A model generated the notes under the pieces. It was not told the DNA's origin. It did not search any database and worked only from the letters and a program-made list of their open reading frames with translations. The position numbers and the translations under genes were made by a program. A DNA stretch of 64,000 nt from Balanoglossus misakiensis (lineage: Eukaryota; Animalia; Hemichordata), in contig CM082585.2 of assembly GCA_040954595.2 (NCBI GenBank), positions 1,890,902 through 1,954,901 on the forward strand. The letters run 5' to 3'. The first letter of the stretch is position 1, and every line of letters starts with the position of its first letter. Below are positions 1 to 15,000 of this stretch, one piece after another.

Positions 1-3000
1 AAAATTTGTAATTTTTTGATGATTTTCACCCATGATTTTTTTTCAAAAATCGACGAAATTGTGAGATTTTGCAAAGTCGATAATTTTGTCATTTTTTGAT
101 GATTTTCAACCATATTATTTTTCAAAAACTGACGAAATTTTGAGATTTTGCAAAGACGAAAATTTGTCATTTTTTGATGATTTTCACCCATGATTTTTTC
201 AAAAATTGACGAATTTTTGAGATTTTGCAAAGTCGAAAATTTGTCATTTTTTGATGATTTTCACCCATGATTTTTTTCAAAAATCGACGAAATGTTGAGA
301 TTTTGCAAAGTCGAAAATTTGTAATTTTTTGATGATTTTCACCCATGATTTTTTTCAAAAATCGACGAAATTGTGAGATTTTGCAAAGTCGAAAATTTGT
401 CATTTTTTGATGATTTTCACCCATGATTTTTTTCAAAAATCGACGAAATGTTGAGATTTTGCAAAGTCGAAAATTTGTAATTTTTTGATGATTTTCACCC
501 ATGATTTTTTTCAAAAATCGACGAAATTGTGAGATTGTGCAAAGTCGATAATTTGTCATTTTTTGATGATTTTCCCCCAATGTTTTTTTTCAAAATCGAC
601 GAAATTTTGAGATTTTGCAAAGTCGAAAATTTGTCATTTTTTGATGATTTTCCCCCATGTTTTTTTTTTAAAATGGACGAAATTTTGAGATTTTGCAAAG
701 TCGATAATTTGTCATTTTTTGATGATTTTCCCCCAATGGTTTTTTTCAAAATCGACGAAATTTTGAGATTTTGCAAAGTCGATAATTTGTCATTTTTTGA
801 TGATTTTCACCCATGATTTTTTTCAAAAATCGACGAAATTGTGAGATTTTGCAAAGTCGAAAATTTGTCATTTTTTGATGAATTTCACCCATATTATTTT
901 TCAAAAACCGACGAAATATTGAGATTTAGCAAAGACGAAAATTTGTCATTTTTTGATGATTTTTACCCCTGATTTTTTCAAAAATTGACGAAATTTTGAG
1001 ATTTTGCGAAGTCGAAAATTTGTCATTTTTTGATGATTTTCACCCATGATTTTTTTCAAAAATCGACGAAATTTTGAGATTTTGCAAAGTCGAAAATTTG
1101 TCATTTTTTGATGATTTTCACCCATGTTTTTTTTTAGAAATCGACGAACCTATGATTTTTTTCAAAATCGACGAAATTTTGTGATTTTACAAAGTCGAAA
1201 ATTTTGTCATTTTTTGATGATTTTCAACCATGATTTTTTTCAAAAATCGACGAAATTTTTAGATTTTGCAAAGTCGAAAATGTGTCATTTTTTGATGATT
1301 TTCACCCATGATTTTTATTCAAAAATGGACGAAATTTTGAGATTTTGCAAAGACGAAAATTTGTCATTTTTTGATGATTTTCACCCATGATTTTTTTCAA
1401 AAATCGACAAAATTTTTAGATTTTGCAAAGTCGAAAATTTGTAATTTTTTGATGATTTTTACCCATGATTTTTTTTTTCAAAAATCGACGAAATTTTGAG
1501 ATTTTGCAAAGACGAAAATTTGTAATTTTTTGATGATTTTCACCCATGACTTTTTTTCAAAAATTTACGAAATTTTGAGATTTTGCAAAGTCGAAAATTT
1601 GTAATTTTTTGATGATTTTCACCCATGTTTTTTTTTTTCAAAAATCGACGAAATTTTGTGATTTTGCAAATTCGAAAATTTGTAATTTTTTGATGATTTT
1701 CACCCATGTTTTTTTTCAAAAATCAACGAACCCATGATTTTTTTTCAAAAATCGACAAAATTTTGAGATTTTGCAAAGTCGAAAATTTGTAATTTTTTGA
1801 TGATTTTCACCCATGATTTTTTTTCAAAAATCGACGAAATTTTGAGATTTTGCAAAGTCGAAAATTTGTAATTTTTTGATGATTTTCACCCATGATTTTT
1901 TTCAAAAATCGACGAAATGTTGAGATTTTGCAAAGTCGAAAATTTGTAATTTTTTGATGATTTTCACCAATGATTTTTGTCAAAAATCGACGAAATTGTG
2001 AGATTTTGCAAAGTCGAAAATTTGTCATTTTTTGATGATTTTCACCCATGACTTTTTTCAAAAATCGACGAAATGTTGAGATTTTGCAAAGTCGAAAATT
2101 TGTAATTTTTTGATGATTTTCACCCATGATTTTTTCAAAAATCGACGAAATTGTGAGATTGTGCAAAGTCGATAATTTGTCATTTTTTGATGATTTTCCC
2201 CCAATGTTTTTTTTCAAAATCGACGAAATTTTGAGATTTTGCAAAGTCGAAAATTTGTCATTTTTTGATGATTTTCCCCCATGTTTTTTTTTTAAAATGG
2301 ACGAAATTTTGAGATTTTGCAAAGTCGATAATTTGTCATTTTTTGATGATTTTCCCCCAATGGTTTTTTTCAAAATCGACGAAATTTTGAGATTTTGCAA
2401 AGTCGATAATTTGTCATTTTTTGATGATTTTCACCCATGATTTTTTTCAAAAATCGACGAAATTGTGAGATTTTGAAAAGTCAAAAATTTGTCATTTTTT
2501 GATGAATTTCACCCATGTTTTTTTTTTAAATGGACGAAATTTTGAGATTTTGCAAAGACGAAAATTTGTCATTTTTTGATGATTTTCCCCCATGCTTTTT
2601 TTTTTAAATGGAAGAAATTTTGAGATTTTGCAAAGACGAAAATTTGTCATTTTTTGATGATTTTTACCCATGATTTTTTTTCAAAAATGGACGAAATTTT
2701 GAGATTTTGCAAAGTCAAAAATTTGTCATTTTTTGATGATTTTCACCCATATTATTTTTCAAAAACCGACGAAATTTTGAGATTTAGCAAAGACGAAAAT
2801 TTGTCATTTTTTGATGATTTTTACCCCTGATTTTTTCAAAAATTGACGAAATTTTGAGATTTTGCGAAGTCGAAAATTTGTCATTTTTTGATGATTTTCA
2901 CCCATGATTTTTTTCAAAAATCGACGAAATTTTGTGATTTTACAAAGTCGAAAATTTTGTCATTTTTTGATGATTTTCAACCATGATTTTTTTCAAAAAT

Positions 3001-6000
3001 CGACGAAATTTTTAGATTTTGCAAAGTCGAAAATGTGTCATTTTTTGATGATTTTCACCCATGATTTTTATTCAAAAATGGACGAAATTTTGAGATTTTG
3101 CAAAGACGAAAATTTTTCATTTTTTGATGATTTTCACCCATGATTTTTTTCAAAAATCGACAAAATTTTTAGATTTTGCAAAGTCGAAAATTTGTAATTT
3201 TTTGATGATTTTTACCCATGATTTTTTTTTTCAAAAATCGACGAAATTTTGTGATTTTGCAAAGACGAAAATTTGTAATTTTTTGATGATTTTCACCCAT
3301 GACTTTTTTTCAAAAATTTACGAAATTTTGAGATTTTGCAAAGTCGAAAATTTGTAATTTTTTGATGATTTTCACCCATGTTTTTTTTTCAAAAATCGAC
3401 GAAATTTTGTGATTTTGCAAATTCGAAAATTTGTAATTTTTTGATGATTTTCACCCATGTTTTTTTTCAAAAATCAACGAACCCATGATTTTTTTTCAAA
3501 AATCGACAAAATTTTGAGATTTTGCAAAGTCGAAAATTTGTAATTTTTTGATGATTTTCACCCATGATTTTTTTTCAAAAATCGACGAAATTTTGAGATT
3601 TTGCAAAGTCGAAAATTTGTAATTTTTTGATGATTTTCACCCATGTTTTTTTTCAAAATTGAACGAACCCATGATTTTTTTCAAAAATCGACAAAATTTT
3701 GAGATTTTGCAAAGTCGAAAATTTGTCATTTTTTGATGATTTACACCCATGATTTTTTTTCAAAAATCGACGAAATTTTGAGATTTTGCAAAGTCGAAAA
3801 TTTGTCATTTATTAATGATTTTCACCCATGATTTTTTTTCAAAAATCGACAAAATTTTGAGATTTTGCAAAGTCGAAAATTTGTCATTTTTTGATGATTT
3901 TCACCCATGATTGTTTTCAAAAATCGACAAAATTTTTAGATTTTGCAAAGTCGAAAATTTGTAATTTTTTGATGATTTTTACCCATGATTTTTTTTTTTC
4001 AAAAATCTACGAAATTTTGAGATTTTGCAAGGTCGAAAATTTGTCATTTTTTGATGATTTTCACCCATGATTTTTTTCAAAAATCGACAAAATTTTTAGA
4101 TTTTGCAAAGTCGAAAATTTGTAATTTTTTGATGATTTTTACCCATGATTTTTTTTTTCAAAAATCGACGAAATTTTGAGATTTTGCAAAGACGAAAATT
4201 TGTAATTTTTTGATGATTTTCACCCATGACTTTTTTTCAAAAATTTAAGAAATTTCGAGATTTTGCAAATTCGAAAATTTGTAATTTTTTGATGATTTTC
4301 ACCCATGTTTTTTTTCAAAAATCAACGAACCCATGATTTTTTTTCAAAAATCGACAAAATTTTGAGATTTTGCAAAGTCGAAAATTTGTCATTTTTTGAT
4401 GATTTTCACCCATGATTTTTCTCAAAAATCGACGAAATTTTGAGATTTTGCAAAGTCGAAAATTTGTAATTTTTTGATGATTTTCACCCATGATTTTTTT
4501 TCAAAAATCGACGAAATTTTGAGATTTTGCAAAGTCGAAAATTTGTCATTTATTAATGATTTTCACCCATGATTTTTTTTCAAAAATCGACAAAATTTTG
4601 AGATTTTGCAAAGTCGAAAATTTGTAATTTTTTGATGATTTTCACCCATGTTTTTTTTCAAAATTGAACGAACCCATGATTTTTTTCAAAAATCGACTAA
4701 ATTTTGAGATTTTGCATAGTCGAAAATTTGTCATTTTTTGATGATTTTCACCCATGATTTTTTTCAAAAATCGACAAAATTTTTAGATTTTGCAAAGTCG
4801 AAAATTTGTAATTTTTTGATTATTTTCACCCATGATTTTTTTCAAAAATCGACAAAATTTTGAGATTTTGCAAATTCGAAAATTTGTAATTTTTTGATGA
4901 TTTTCACCCATGTTTTTTTTCAAAAATCAACGAACCCATGATTTTTTTTCAAAAATCGACAAAATTTTGAGATTTTGCAAAGTCGAAAATTTGTCATTTT
5001 TTGATGATTTTCACCCATGATTTTTTTCAAAAATCGACAAAATTTTGAGATTTTGCAAAGACGAAAATTTTTCATTTTTTGATGATTTTCACCCATGATT
5101 TTTTTCAAAAATCGACAAAATTTTTAGATTTTGCAAAGTCGAAAATTTGTAATTTTTTGATGATTTTTACCCATGATTTTTTTTTTCAAAAATCGACGAA
5201 ATTTTGTGATTTTGCAAAGACGAAAATTTGTAATTTTTTGATGATTTTCACCCATGACTTTTTTTCAAAAATTTACGAAATTTTGAGATTTTGCAAAGTC
5301 GAAAATTTGTAATTTTTTGATGATTTTCACCCATGTTTTTTTTTCAAAAATCGACGAAATTTTGTGATTTTGCAAATTCGAAAATTTGTAATTTTTTGAT
5401 GATTTTCACCCATGTTTTTTTTCAAAAATCAACGAACCCATGATTTTTTTTCAAAAATCGACAAAATTTTGAGATTTTGCAAAGTCGAAAATTTGTAATT
5501 TTTTGATGATTTTCACCCATGATTTTTTTTCAAAAATCGACGAAATTTTGAGATTTTGCAAAGTCGAAAATTTGTAATTTTTTGATGATTTTCACCCATG
5601 TTTTTTTTCAAAATTGAACGAACCCATGATTTTTTTCAAAAATCGACAAAATTTTGAGATTTTGCAAAGTCGAAAATTTGTCATTTTTTGATGATTTACA
5701 CCCATGATTTTTTTTCAAAAATCGACGAAATTTTGAGATTTTGCAAAGTCGAAAATTTGTCATTTATTAATGATTTTCACCCATGATTTTTTTTCAAAAA
5801 TCGACAAAATTTTGAGATTTTGCAAAGTCGAAAATTTGTCATTTTTTGATGATTTTCACCCATGATTGTTTTCAAAAATCGACAAAATTTTTAGATTTTG
5901 CAAAGTCGAAAATTTGTAATTTTTTGATGATTTTTACCCATGATTTTTTTTTTTCAAAAATCTACGAAATTTTGAGATTTTGCAAGGTCGAAAATTTGTC

Positions 6001-9000
6001 ATTTTTTGATGATTTTCACCCATGATTTTTTTCAAAAATCGACAAAATTTTTAGATTTTGCAAAGTCGAAAATTTGTAATTTTTTGATGATTTTTACCCA
6101 TGATTTTTTTTTTCAAAAATCGACGAAATTTTGAGATTTTGCAAAGACGAAAATTTGTAATTTTTTGATGATTTTCACCCATGACTTTTTTTCAAAAATT
6201 TAAGAAATTTCGAGATTTTGCAAATTCGAAAATTTGTAATTTTTTGATGATTTTCACCCATGTTTTTTTTCAAAAATCAACGAACCCATGATTTTTTTTC
6301 AAAAATCGACAAAATTTTGAGATTTTGCAAAGTCGAAAATTTGTCATTTTTTGATGATTTTCACCCATGATTTTTCTCAAAAATCGACGAAATTTTGAGA
6401 TTTTGCAAAGTCGAAAATTTGTAATTTTTTGATGATTTTCACCCATGATTTTTTTTCAAAAATCGACGAAATTTTGAGATTTTGCAAAGTCGAAAATTTG
6501 TCATTTATTAATGATTTTCACCCATGATTTTTTTTCAAAAATCGACAAAATTTTGAGATTTTGCAAAGTCGAAAATTTGTAATTTTTTGATGATTTTCAC
6601 CCATGTTTTTTTTCAAAATTGAACGAACCCATGATTTTTTTCAAAAATCGACTAAATTTTGAGATTTTGCATAGTCGAAAATTTGTCATTTTTTGATGAT
6701 TTTCACCCATGATTTTTTTCAAAAATCGACAAAATTTTTAGATTTTGCAAAGTCGAAAATTTGTAATTTTTTGATTATTTTCACCCATGATTTTTTTCAA
6801 AAATCGACAAAATTTTGAGATTTTGCAAATTCGAAAATTTGTAATTTTTTGATGATTTTCACCCATGTTTTTTTTCAAAAATCAACGAACCCATGATTTT
6901 TTTTCAAAAATCGACAAAATTTTGAGATTTTGCAAAGTCGAAAATTTGTCATTTTTTGATGATTTTCACCCATGATTTTTTTCAAAAATCGACAAAATTT
7001 TTAGATTTTGCAAAGTCGAAAATTTGTAATTTTTTGATTATTTTCACCCATGATTTTTTTCAAAAATCGACAAAATTTTGAGATTTTGCAAATTCGAAAA
7101 TTTGTAATTTTTTGATGATTTTCACCCATGTTTTTTTTCAAAAATCAACGAACCCATGATTTTTTTTCAAAAATCGACAAAATTTTGAGTTTTTGCAAAG
7201 TCGAAAATTTGTCATTTTTTGATGATTTTCACCCATGATTTTTCTCGAAAATCGACGAAATTTTGAGATTTTGCAAAGTCGAAAATTTGTAATTTTTTGA
7301 TGATTTTCACCCATGATTTTTTTTCAAAAATCGACGAAATTTTGAGATTTTGCAAAGTCGAAAATTTGTCATTTATTAATGATTTTCACCCATGATTTTT
7401 TTTCAAAAATCGACAAAATTTTGAGATTTTGCAAAGTCGAAAATTTGTAATTTTTTGATGATTTTCACCCATGTTTTTTTTCAAAATTGAACGAACCCAT
7501 GATTTTTTTCAAAAATCGACGAAATTTTGAGATTTTGCAAAGTCGAAAATTTGTCATTTTTTGATGATTTTCACCCATGATTTTTTTCAAAAATCGACAA
7601 AATTTTTAGATTTTGCAAAGTCGAAAATTTGTTATTTTTTGATGATTTTTACCCATGATTTTTTTTTTCAAAAATCGACGAAATTTTGAGATTTTGCAAA
7701 GACGAAAATTTGTAATTTTTTGATGATTTTCACCCATGACTTTTTTTCAAAAATTTACGAAATTTTGAGATTTTGCAAAGTCGAAAATTTGTCATTTTTT
7801 GATGATTTTCACCCATGTTTTTTTTCAAAAATCGACGAAATTTTGAGATTTTGCAAATTCGAAAATTTGTAATTTTTTGATGATTTTCACCCATGTTTTT
7901 TTTCAAAAATCAACGAACCCATGATTTTTTTTCAAAAATCGACAAAATTTTGAGATTTTGCAAAGTCGAAAATTTGTCATTTTTTGATGATTTTCACCCA
8001 TGATTTTTTTCAAAAATCGACGAAATTTTGAGATTTTGCAAAGACGAAAATTTGTAATTTTTTGATGATTTTCACCCATGACTTTTTTTCAAAAATTTAC
8101 GAAATTTTGAGATTTTGCAAAGTCGAAAATTTGTCATTTTTTGATGATTTTCACCCATGTTTTTTTTTCAAAAATCGACGAAATTTTGAGATTTTGCAAA
8201 GTCGAAAATTTGTAATTTTTTGATGATTTTCACCCATGATTTTTTTTCAAAAATCGACGAAATTTTGAGATTTTGCAAAGTCGAAAATTTGTCATTTATT
8301 AATGATTTTCACCCATGATTTTTTTTCAAAAATCGACAAAATTTTGAGATTTTGCAAAGTCGAAAATTTGTAATTTTTTGATGATTTTCACCCATGTTTT
8401 TTTTCAAAATTGAACGAACCCATGATTTTTTTCAAAAATCGACGAAATTTTGAGATTTTGCAAAGTCGAAAATTTGTCATTTTTTGATGATTTTCACCCA
8501 TGATTTTTTTCAAAAATCGACAAAATTTTTAGATTTTGCAAAGTCGAAAATTTGTTATTTTTTGATGATTTTTACCCATGATTTTTTTTTTCAAAAATCG
8601 ACGAAATTTTGAGATTTTGCAAAGACGAAAATTTGTAATTTTTTGATGATTTTCACCCATGACTTTTTTTCAAAAATTTACGAAATTTTGAGATTTTGCA
8701 AAGTCGAAAATTTGTCATTTTTTGATGATTTTCACCCATGTTTTTTTTCAAAAATCGACGAAATTTTGAGATTTTGCAAATTCGAAAATTTGTAATTTTT
8801 TGATGATTTTCACCCATGTTTTTTTTCAAAAATCAACGAACCCATGATTTTTTTTCAAAAATCGACAAAATTTTGAGATTTTGCAAAGTCGAAAATTTGT
8901 CATTTTTTGATGATTTTCACCCATGATTTTTTTCAAAAATCGACGAAATTTTGAGATTTTGCAAAGACGAAAATTTGTAATTTTTTGATGATTTTCACCC

Positions 9001-12000
9001 ATGACTTTTTTTCAAAAATTTACGAAATTTTGAGATTTTGCAAAGTCGAAAATTTGTCATTTTTTGATGATTTTCACCCATGTTTTTTTTTCAAAAATCG
9101 ACGAAATTTTGAGATTTTGCAAATTCGAAAATTTGTAATTTTTTGATGATTTTCACCCATGTTTTTTTTAAAAAATCAACGAACCCATGATTTTTTTTCA
9201 AAAATCGACAAAATTTTGAGATTTTGCAAAGTCGAAAATTTGTCATTTTTTGATGATTTTCACCCATGATTTTTTTCAAAACTCGACGAAATTTTGAGAT
9301 TTTGCAAAGACGAAAATTTGTAATTTTTTGATGATTTTCACCCATGACTTTTTTTCAAAAATTTACGAAATTTTGAGATTTTGCAAAGTCGAAAATTTGT
9401 CATTTTTTGATGATTTTCACCCATGTTTTTTTTTCAAAAATCGACGAAATTTTGAGATTTTGCAAATTCGAAAATTTGTACTTTTTTGATGATTTTCACC
9501 CATGTTTTTTTTCAAAAATCAACGAACCCATGATTTTTTTTCAAAAATCGACAAAATTTTGAGATTTTGCAAAGTCGAAAATTTGTCATTTATTAATGAT
9601 TTTCACCCATGATTTTTTTTCAAAAATCGACAAAATTTTGAGATTTTGCAAAGTCGAAAATTTGTAATTTTTTGATGATTTTCACCCGTTTTTTTTCAAA
9701 ATTGAACGAACCCATGATTTTTTTCAAAAATCGACGAAATTTTGAGATTTTGCAAAGTCGAAAATTTGTCATTTTTTGATGATTTTCACCCATGATTTTT
9801 TTCAAAAATCGACGAAATTTTGAGATTTTGCAAAGTCGAAAATTTGTCATTTTTTGATTATTTTCACCCATGATTTTTTTCAAAAATCGACAAAATTTTT
9901 AGATTTTGCAAAGTCGACAATTTGTCATTTTTTGATGATTTTCACCATGATTTTTTTTTAAAAAACGACGAAATTTTGAGATTTTGCAAAGACGAAAATT
10001 TGTCATTTTTTGATGATTTTCACCCATGATTTTTTTTCAAAAATGTACGAAATTTTTAGATTTTGCAAAGTCGAAAATTTGTAATTTTTTGATGATTTTC
10101 ACCAATGTTTTTTTTTAAAAATCAACGAACCCATGATTTTTTTCAAAAATTGACACCAATGTTTTTTTTTAAAAATCAACGAACTCATGATTTTTTTTAA
10201 AAATTGACAACATTTTGAGATTTTGCAAAGTCGAAAATTTGTCATTTTTTGATGATTTTCACCATGATTGTTTTTTTCAAAAATCGGCGAAATTTTGAGA
10301 TTTTGCAAAGACGAAAATTTGTCATTTTTTGATGAATTTCACCCATGATTTTTTTTTTTAAATGTACGAAATTTTGAGATTTTGCAAAGTCGAAAATTTG
10401 TCATTTTTTGATGATTTTCACCCATGATTTTTTTCAAAAATCGACGAAATTTTGAGATTTAGCAAAGACGAAAATTTGTCATTTTTTGATGATTTTCACC
10501 CGTGATTTTTTTCAAAAATCGACGAAATTTTGAGATTTTGCAAAGTCGAAAATTTGTCATTTTTTGATGATTTTCACCCATGATTTTTTTTCAAAAATGT
10601 ACGAAATTTTGAGATTTTGCAAAGTCGAAAATTTGTAATTTTTTGATGATTTTCACCAATGTTTTTTTTTAAAAATCAACGAACCCATGATTTTTTTCAA
10701 AAATTGACACCAATGTTTTTTTTAAAAAATCAACGAACTCATGAATTTTTTAAAAAATTGACAACATTTTGAGATTTTGCAAAGTCGAAAATTTGTCATT
10801 TTTTGATGATTTTCACCATGATTGTTTTTTTCAAAAATCGACAAAATTTTTAGATTTTGCAAAGTCGAAAATTTGTAATTTTTTGATGATTTTTACCCAT
10901 GATTTTTTTTTTCAAAAATCGACGAAATTTTGAGATTTTGCAAAGACGAAAATTTGTAATTTTTTGATGATTTTCACCCATGACTTTTTTTCAAAAATTT
11001 ACGAAATTTTGGGATTTTGCAAAGACGAAAATTTGTCATTTTTTGATGATTTTCACCCATGATTTTTTTCAAAAATCGACGAAATTTGAGATTTTGCAAA
11101 GTCGAAAATTTGTCATTTTTTGATGATTTTCACCAATGTTTTTTTTCAAAAATCTACGAAATTTTGAGATTTTGCAAAGTCGAAAATTTGTCATTTTTTG
11201 ATGATTTTCACCCATGATTTTTTTCAAAAATCGACAAATTTTTTAGATTTTGCAAAGTCGAAAATTTGTAATTTTTTGATGATTTTTACCCATGATTTTT
11301 TTTTTTCAAAAATCGACGAAATTTTGAGATTTTGCAAAGACGAAAATTTGTAATTTTTTGATGATTTTCACCCATGACTTTTTTTCAAAAATTTACGAAA
11401 TTTTGAGATTTTGCAAAGTCGAAAATTTGTCATTTTTTGATGATTTTCACCCATGATTTTTCTCAAAAATCGACGAAATTTTGAGATTTTGCAAAGTCGA
11501 AAATTTGTCATTTTTTGATGATTTTCACCCATGATTTTTTTCAAAAATCAACGAACCCATGATTTTTTTTCAAAAATCGACAAAATTTTGAGATTTTGCA
11601 AAGTCGAAAATTTGTCATTTTTTGATGATTTTCACCCATGATTTTTCTCAAAAATCGACGAAATTTTGAGATTTTGCAAAGTCGAAAATTTGTAATTTTT
11701 TGATGATTTTCACCCATGATTTTTTTTTCAAAAATCGACGAAATTTTGAGATTTTGCAATGTCGAAAATTTGTCATTTATTAATGATTTTCACCCATGAT
11801 TTTTTTTCAAAAATCGACAAATTTTTGAGATTTTGCAAAGTCGAAAATTTGTAATTTTTTGATGATTTTCACCCATGTTTTTTTTCAAAATTGAACGAAC
11901 CCATGATTTTTTTCAAAAATCGACGAAATTTTGAGATTTTGCAAAGTCGAAAATTTGTCATTTTTTGATGATTTTCACCCATGATTTTTTTCAAAAATCG

Positions 12001-15000
12001 ACGAAATTTTGAGATTTTGCAAAGTCGAAAATGTGTCATTTTTTGATGATTTTCACCCATGATTTTTTTCAAAAATCGACAAAATTTTGAGATTTTGCAA
12101 ATTCGAAAATTTGTAATTTTTTGATGATTTTCACCCATGTTTTTTTTCAAAAATCAACGAACCCATGATTTTTTTTCAAAAATCGACAAAATTTTGAGAT
12201 TTTGCAAAGTCGAAAATTTGTCATTTTTTGATGATTTTCACCCATGATTTTTCTCAAAAATCGACGAAATTTTGAGATTTTGCAAAGTCGAAAATTTGTA
12301 ATTTTTTGATGATTTTCACCCATGATTTTTTTTCAAAAATCGACGAAATTTTGAGATTTTGCAAAGTCGAAAATTTGTCATTTTTTGATGATTTTCACCC
12401 ATGATTTTTTTCAAAAATCGACGAAATTTTGAGATTTAGCAAAGACGAAAATTTGTCATTTTTTGATGATTTTCACCCGTGATTTTTTTCAAAAATCGAC
12501 GAAATTTTGAGATTTTGCAAAGTCGAAAATTTGTCATTTTTTGATGATTTTCACCCATGATTTTTTTTCAAAAATGTACGAAATTTTGAGATTTTGCAAA
12601 GTCGAAAATTTGTAATTTTTTGATGATTTTCACCAATGTTTTTTTTTAAAAATCAACGAACCCATGATTTTTTTCAAAAATTGACACCAATGTTTTTTTT
12701 AAAAAATCAACGAACTCATGAATTTTTTAAAAAATTGACAACATTTTGAGATTTTGCAAAGTCGAAAATTTGTCATTTTTTGATGATTTTCACCATGATT
12801 GTTTTTTTCAAAAATCGACAAAATTTTTAGATTTTGCAAAGTCGAAAATTTGTAATTTTTTGATGATTTTTACCCATGATTTTTTTTTTCAAAAATCGAC
12901 GAAATTTTGAGATTTTGCAAAGACGAAAATTTGTAATTTTTTGATGATTTTCACCCATGACTTTTTTTCAAAAATTTACGAAATTTTGGGATTTTGCAAA
13001 GACGAAAATTTGTCATTTTTTGATGATTTTCACCCATGATTTTTTTCAAAAATCGACGAAATTTGAGATTTTGCAAAGTCGAAAATTTGTCATTTTTTGA
13101 TGATTTTCACCCATGTTTTTTTTCAAAAATCTACGAAATTTTGAGATTTTGCAAAGTCGAAAATTTGTCATTTTTTGATGATTTTCACCCATGATTTTTT
13201 TTCAAAAATCGACAAAATTTTTAGATTTTGCAAAGTCGAAAATTTGTAATTTTTTGATGATTTTTACCCATGATTTTTTTTTTTCAAAAATCGACGAAAT
13301 TTTGAGATTTTGCAAAGACGAAAATTTGTAATTTTTTGATGATTTTCACCCATGACTTTTTTTCAAAAATTTACGAAATTTTGAGATTTTGCAAAGTCGA
13401 AAATTTGTCATTTTTTGATGATTTTCACCCATGATTTTTCTCAAAAATCGACGAAATTTTGAGATTTTGCAAAGTCGAAAATTTGTCATTTTTTGATGAT
13501 TTTCACCCATGATTTTTTTTCAAAAATCAACGAACCCATGATTTTTTTTCAAAAATCGACAAAATTTTGAGATTTTGCAAAGTCGAAAATTTGTCATTTT
13601 TTGATGATTTTCACCCATGATTTTTCTCAAAAATCGACGAAATTTTGAGATTTTGCAAAGTCGAAAATTTGTAATTTTTTGATGATTTTCACCCATGATT
13701 TTTTTTTCAAAAATCGACGAAATTTTGAGATTTTGCAATGTCAAAAATTTGTCATTTATTAATGATTTTCACCCATGATTTTTTTTCAAAAATCGACAAA
13801 TTTTTGAGATTTTGCAAAGTCGAAAATTTGTAATTTTTTGATGATTTTCACCCATGTTTTTTTTCAAAATTGAACGAACCCATGATTTTTTTCAAAAATC
13901 GACGAAATTTTGAGATTTTGCAAAGTCGAAAATTTGTCATTTTTTGATGATTTTCACCCATGATTTTTTTCAAAAATCGACGAAATTTTGAGATTTTGCA
14001 AAGTCGAAAATGTGTCATTTTTTGATGATTTTCACCCATGATTTTTTTCAAAAATCGACAAAATTTTGAGATTTTGCAAATTCGAAAATTTGTAATTTTT
14101 TGATGATTTTCACCCATGTTTTTTTTCAAAAATCAACGAACCCATGATTTTTTTTCAAAAATCGACAAAATTTTGAGATTTTGCAAAGTCGAAAATTTGT
14201 CATTTTTTGATGATTTTCACCCATGATTTTTCTCAAAAATCGACGAAATTTTGAGATTTTGCAAAGTCGAAAATTTGTAATTTTTTGATGATTTTTACCC
14301 ATGATTTTTTTTTTCAAAAATCGACGAAATTTTGAGATTTTGCAAAGACGAAAATTTGTAATTTTTTGATGATTTTCACCCATGACTTTTTTTCAAAAAT
14401 TTACGAAATTTTGAGATTTTGCAAAGTCGAAAATTTGTCATTTTTTTTTAAGATTTTCACCCATGATTTTTCTCAAAAATCGACGAAATTTTGAGATTTT
14501 GCAAAGTCGAAAATTTGTCATTTTTTGATGATTTTCACCCATGATTTTTTTTCAAAAATCAACGAACCCATGATTTTTTTTCAAAAATCGACAAAATTTT
14601 GAGATTTTGCAAAGTCGAAAATTTGTCATTTTTTGATGATTTTCACCCATGATTTTTCTCAAAAATCGACGAAATTTTGAGATTTTGCAAAGTCGAAAAT
14701 TTGTAATTTTTTGATGATTTTCACCCATGATTTTTTTTTCAAAAATCGACGAAATTTTGAGATTTTGCAATGTCGAAAATTTGTCATTTATTAATGATTT
14801 TCACCCATGATTTTTTTTCAAAAATCGACAAATTTTTGAGATTTTGCAAAGTCGAAAATTTGTAATTTTTTGATGATTTTCACCCATGTTTTTTTTCAAA
14901 ATTGAACGAACCCATGATTTTTTTCAAAAATCGACGAAATTTTGAGATTTTGCAAAGTCGAAAATTTGTCATTTTTTGATGATTTTCACCCATGATTTTT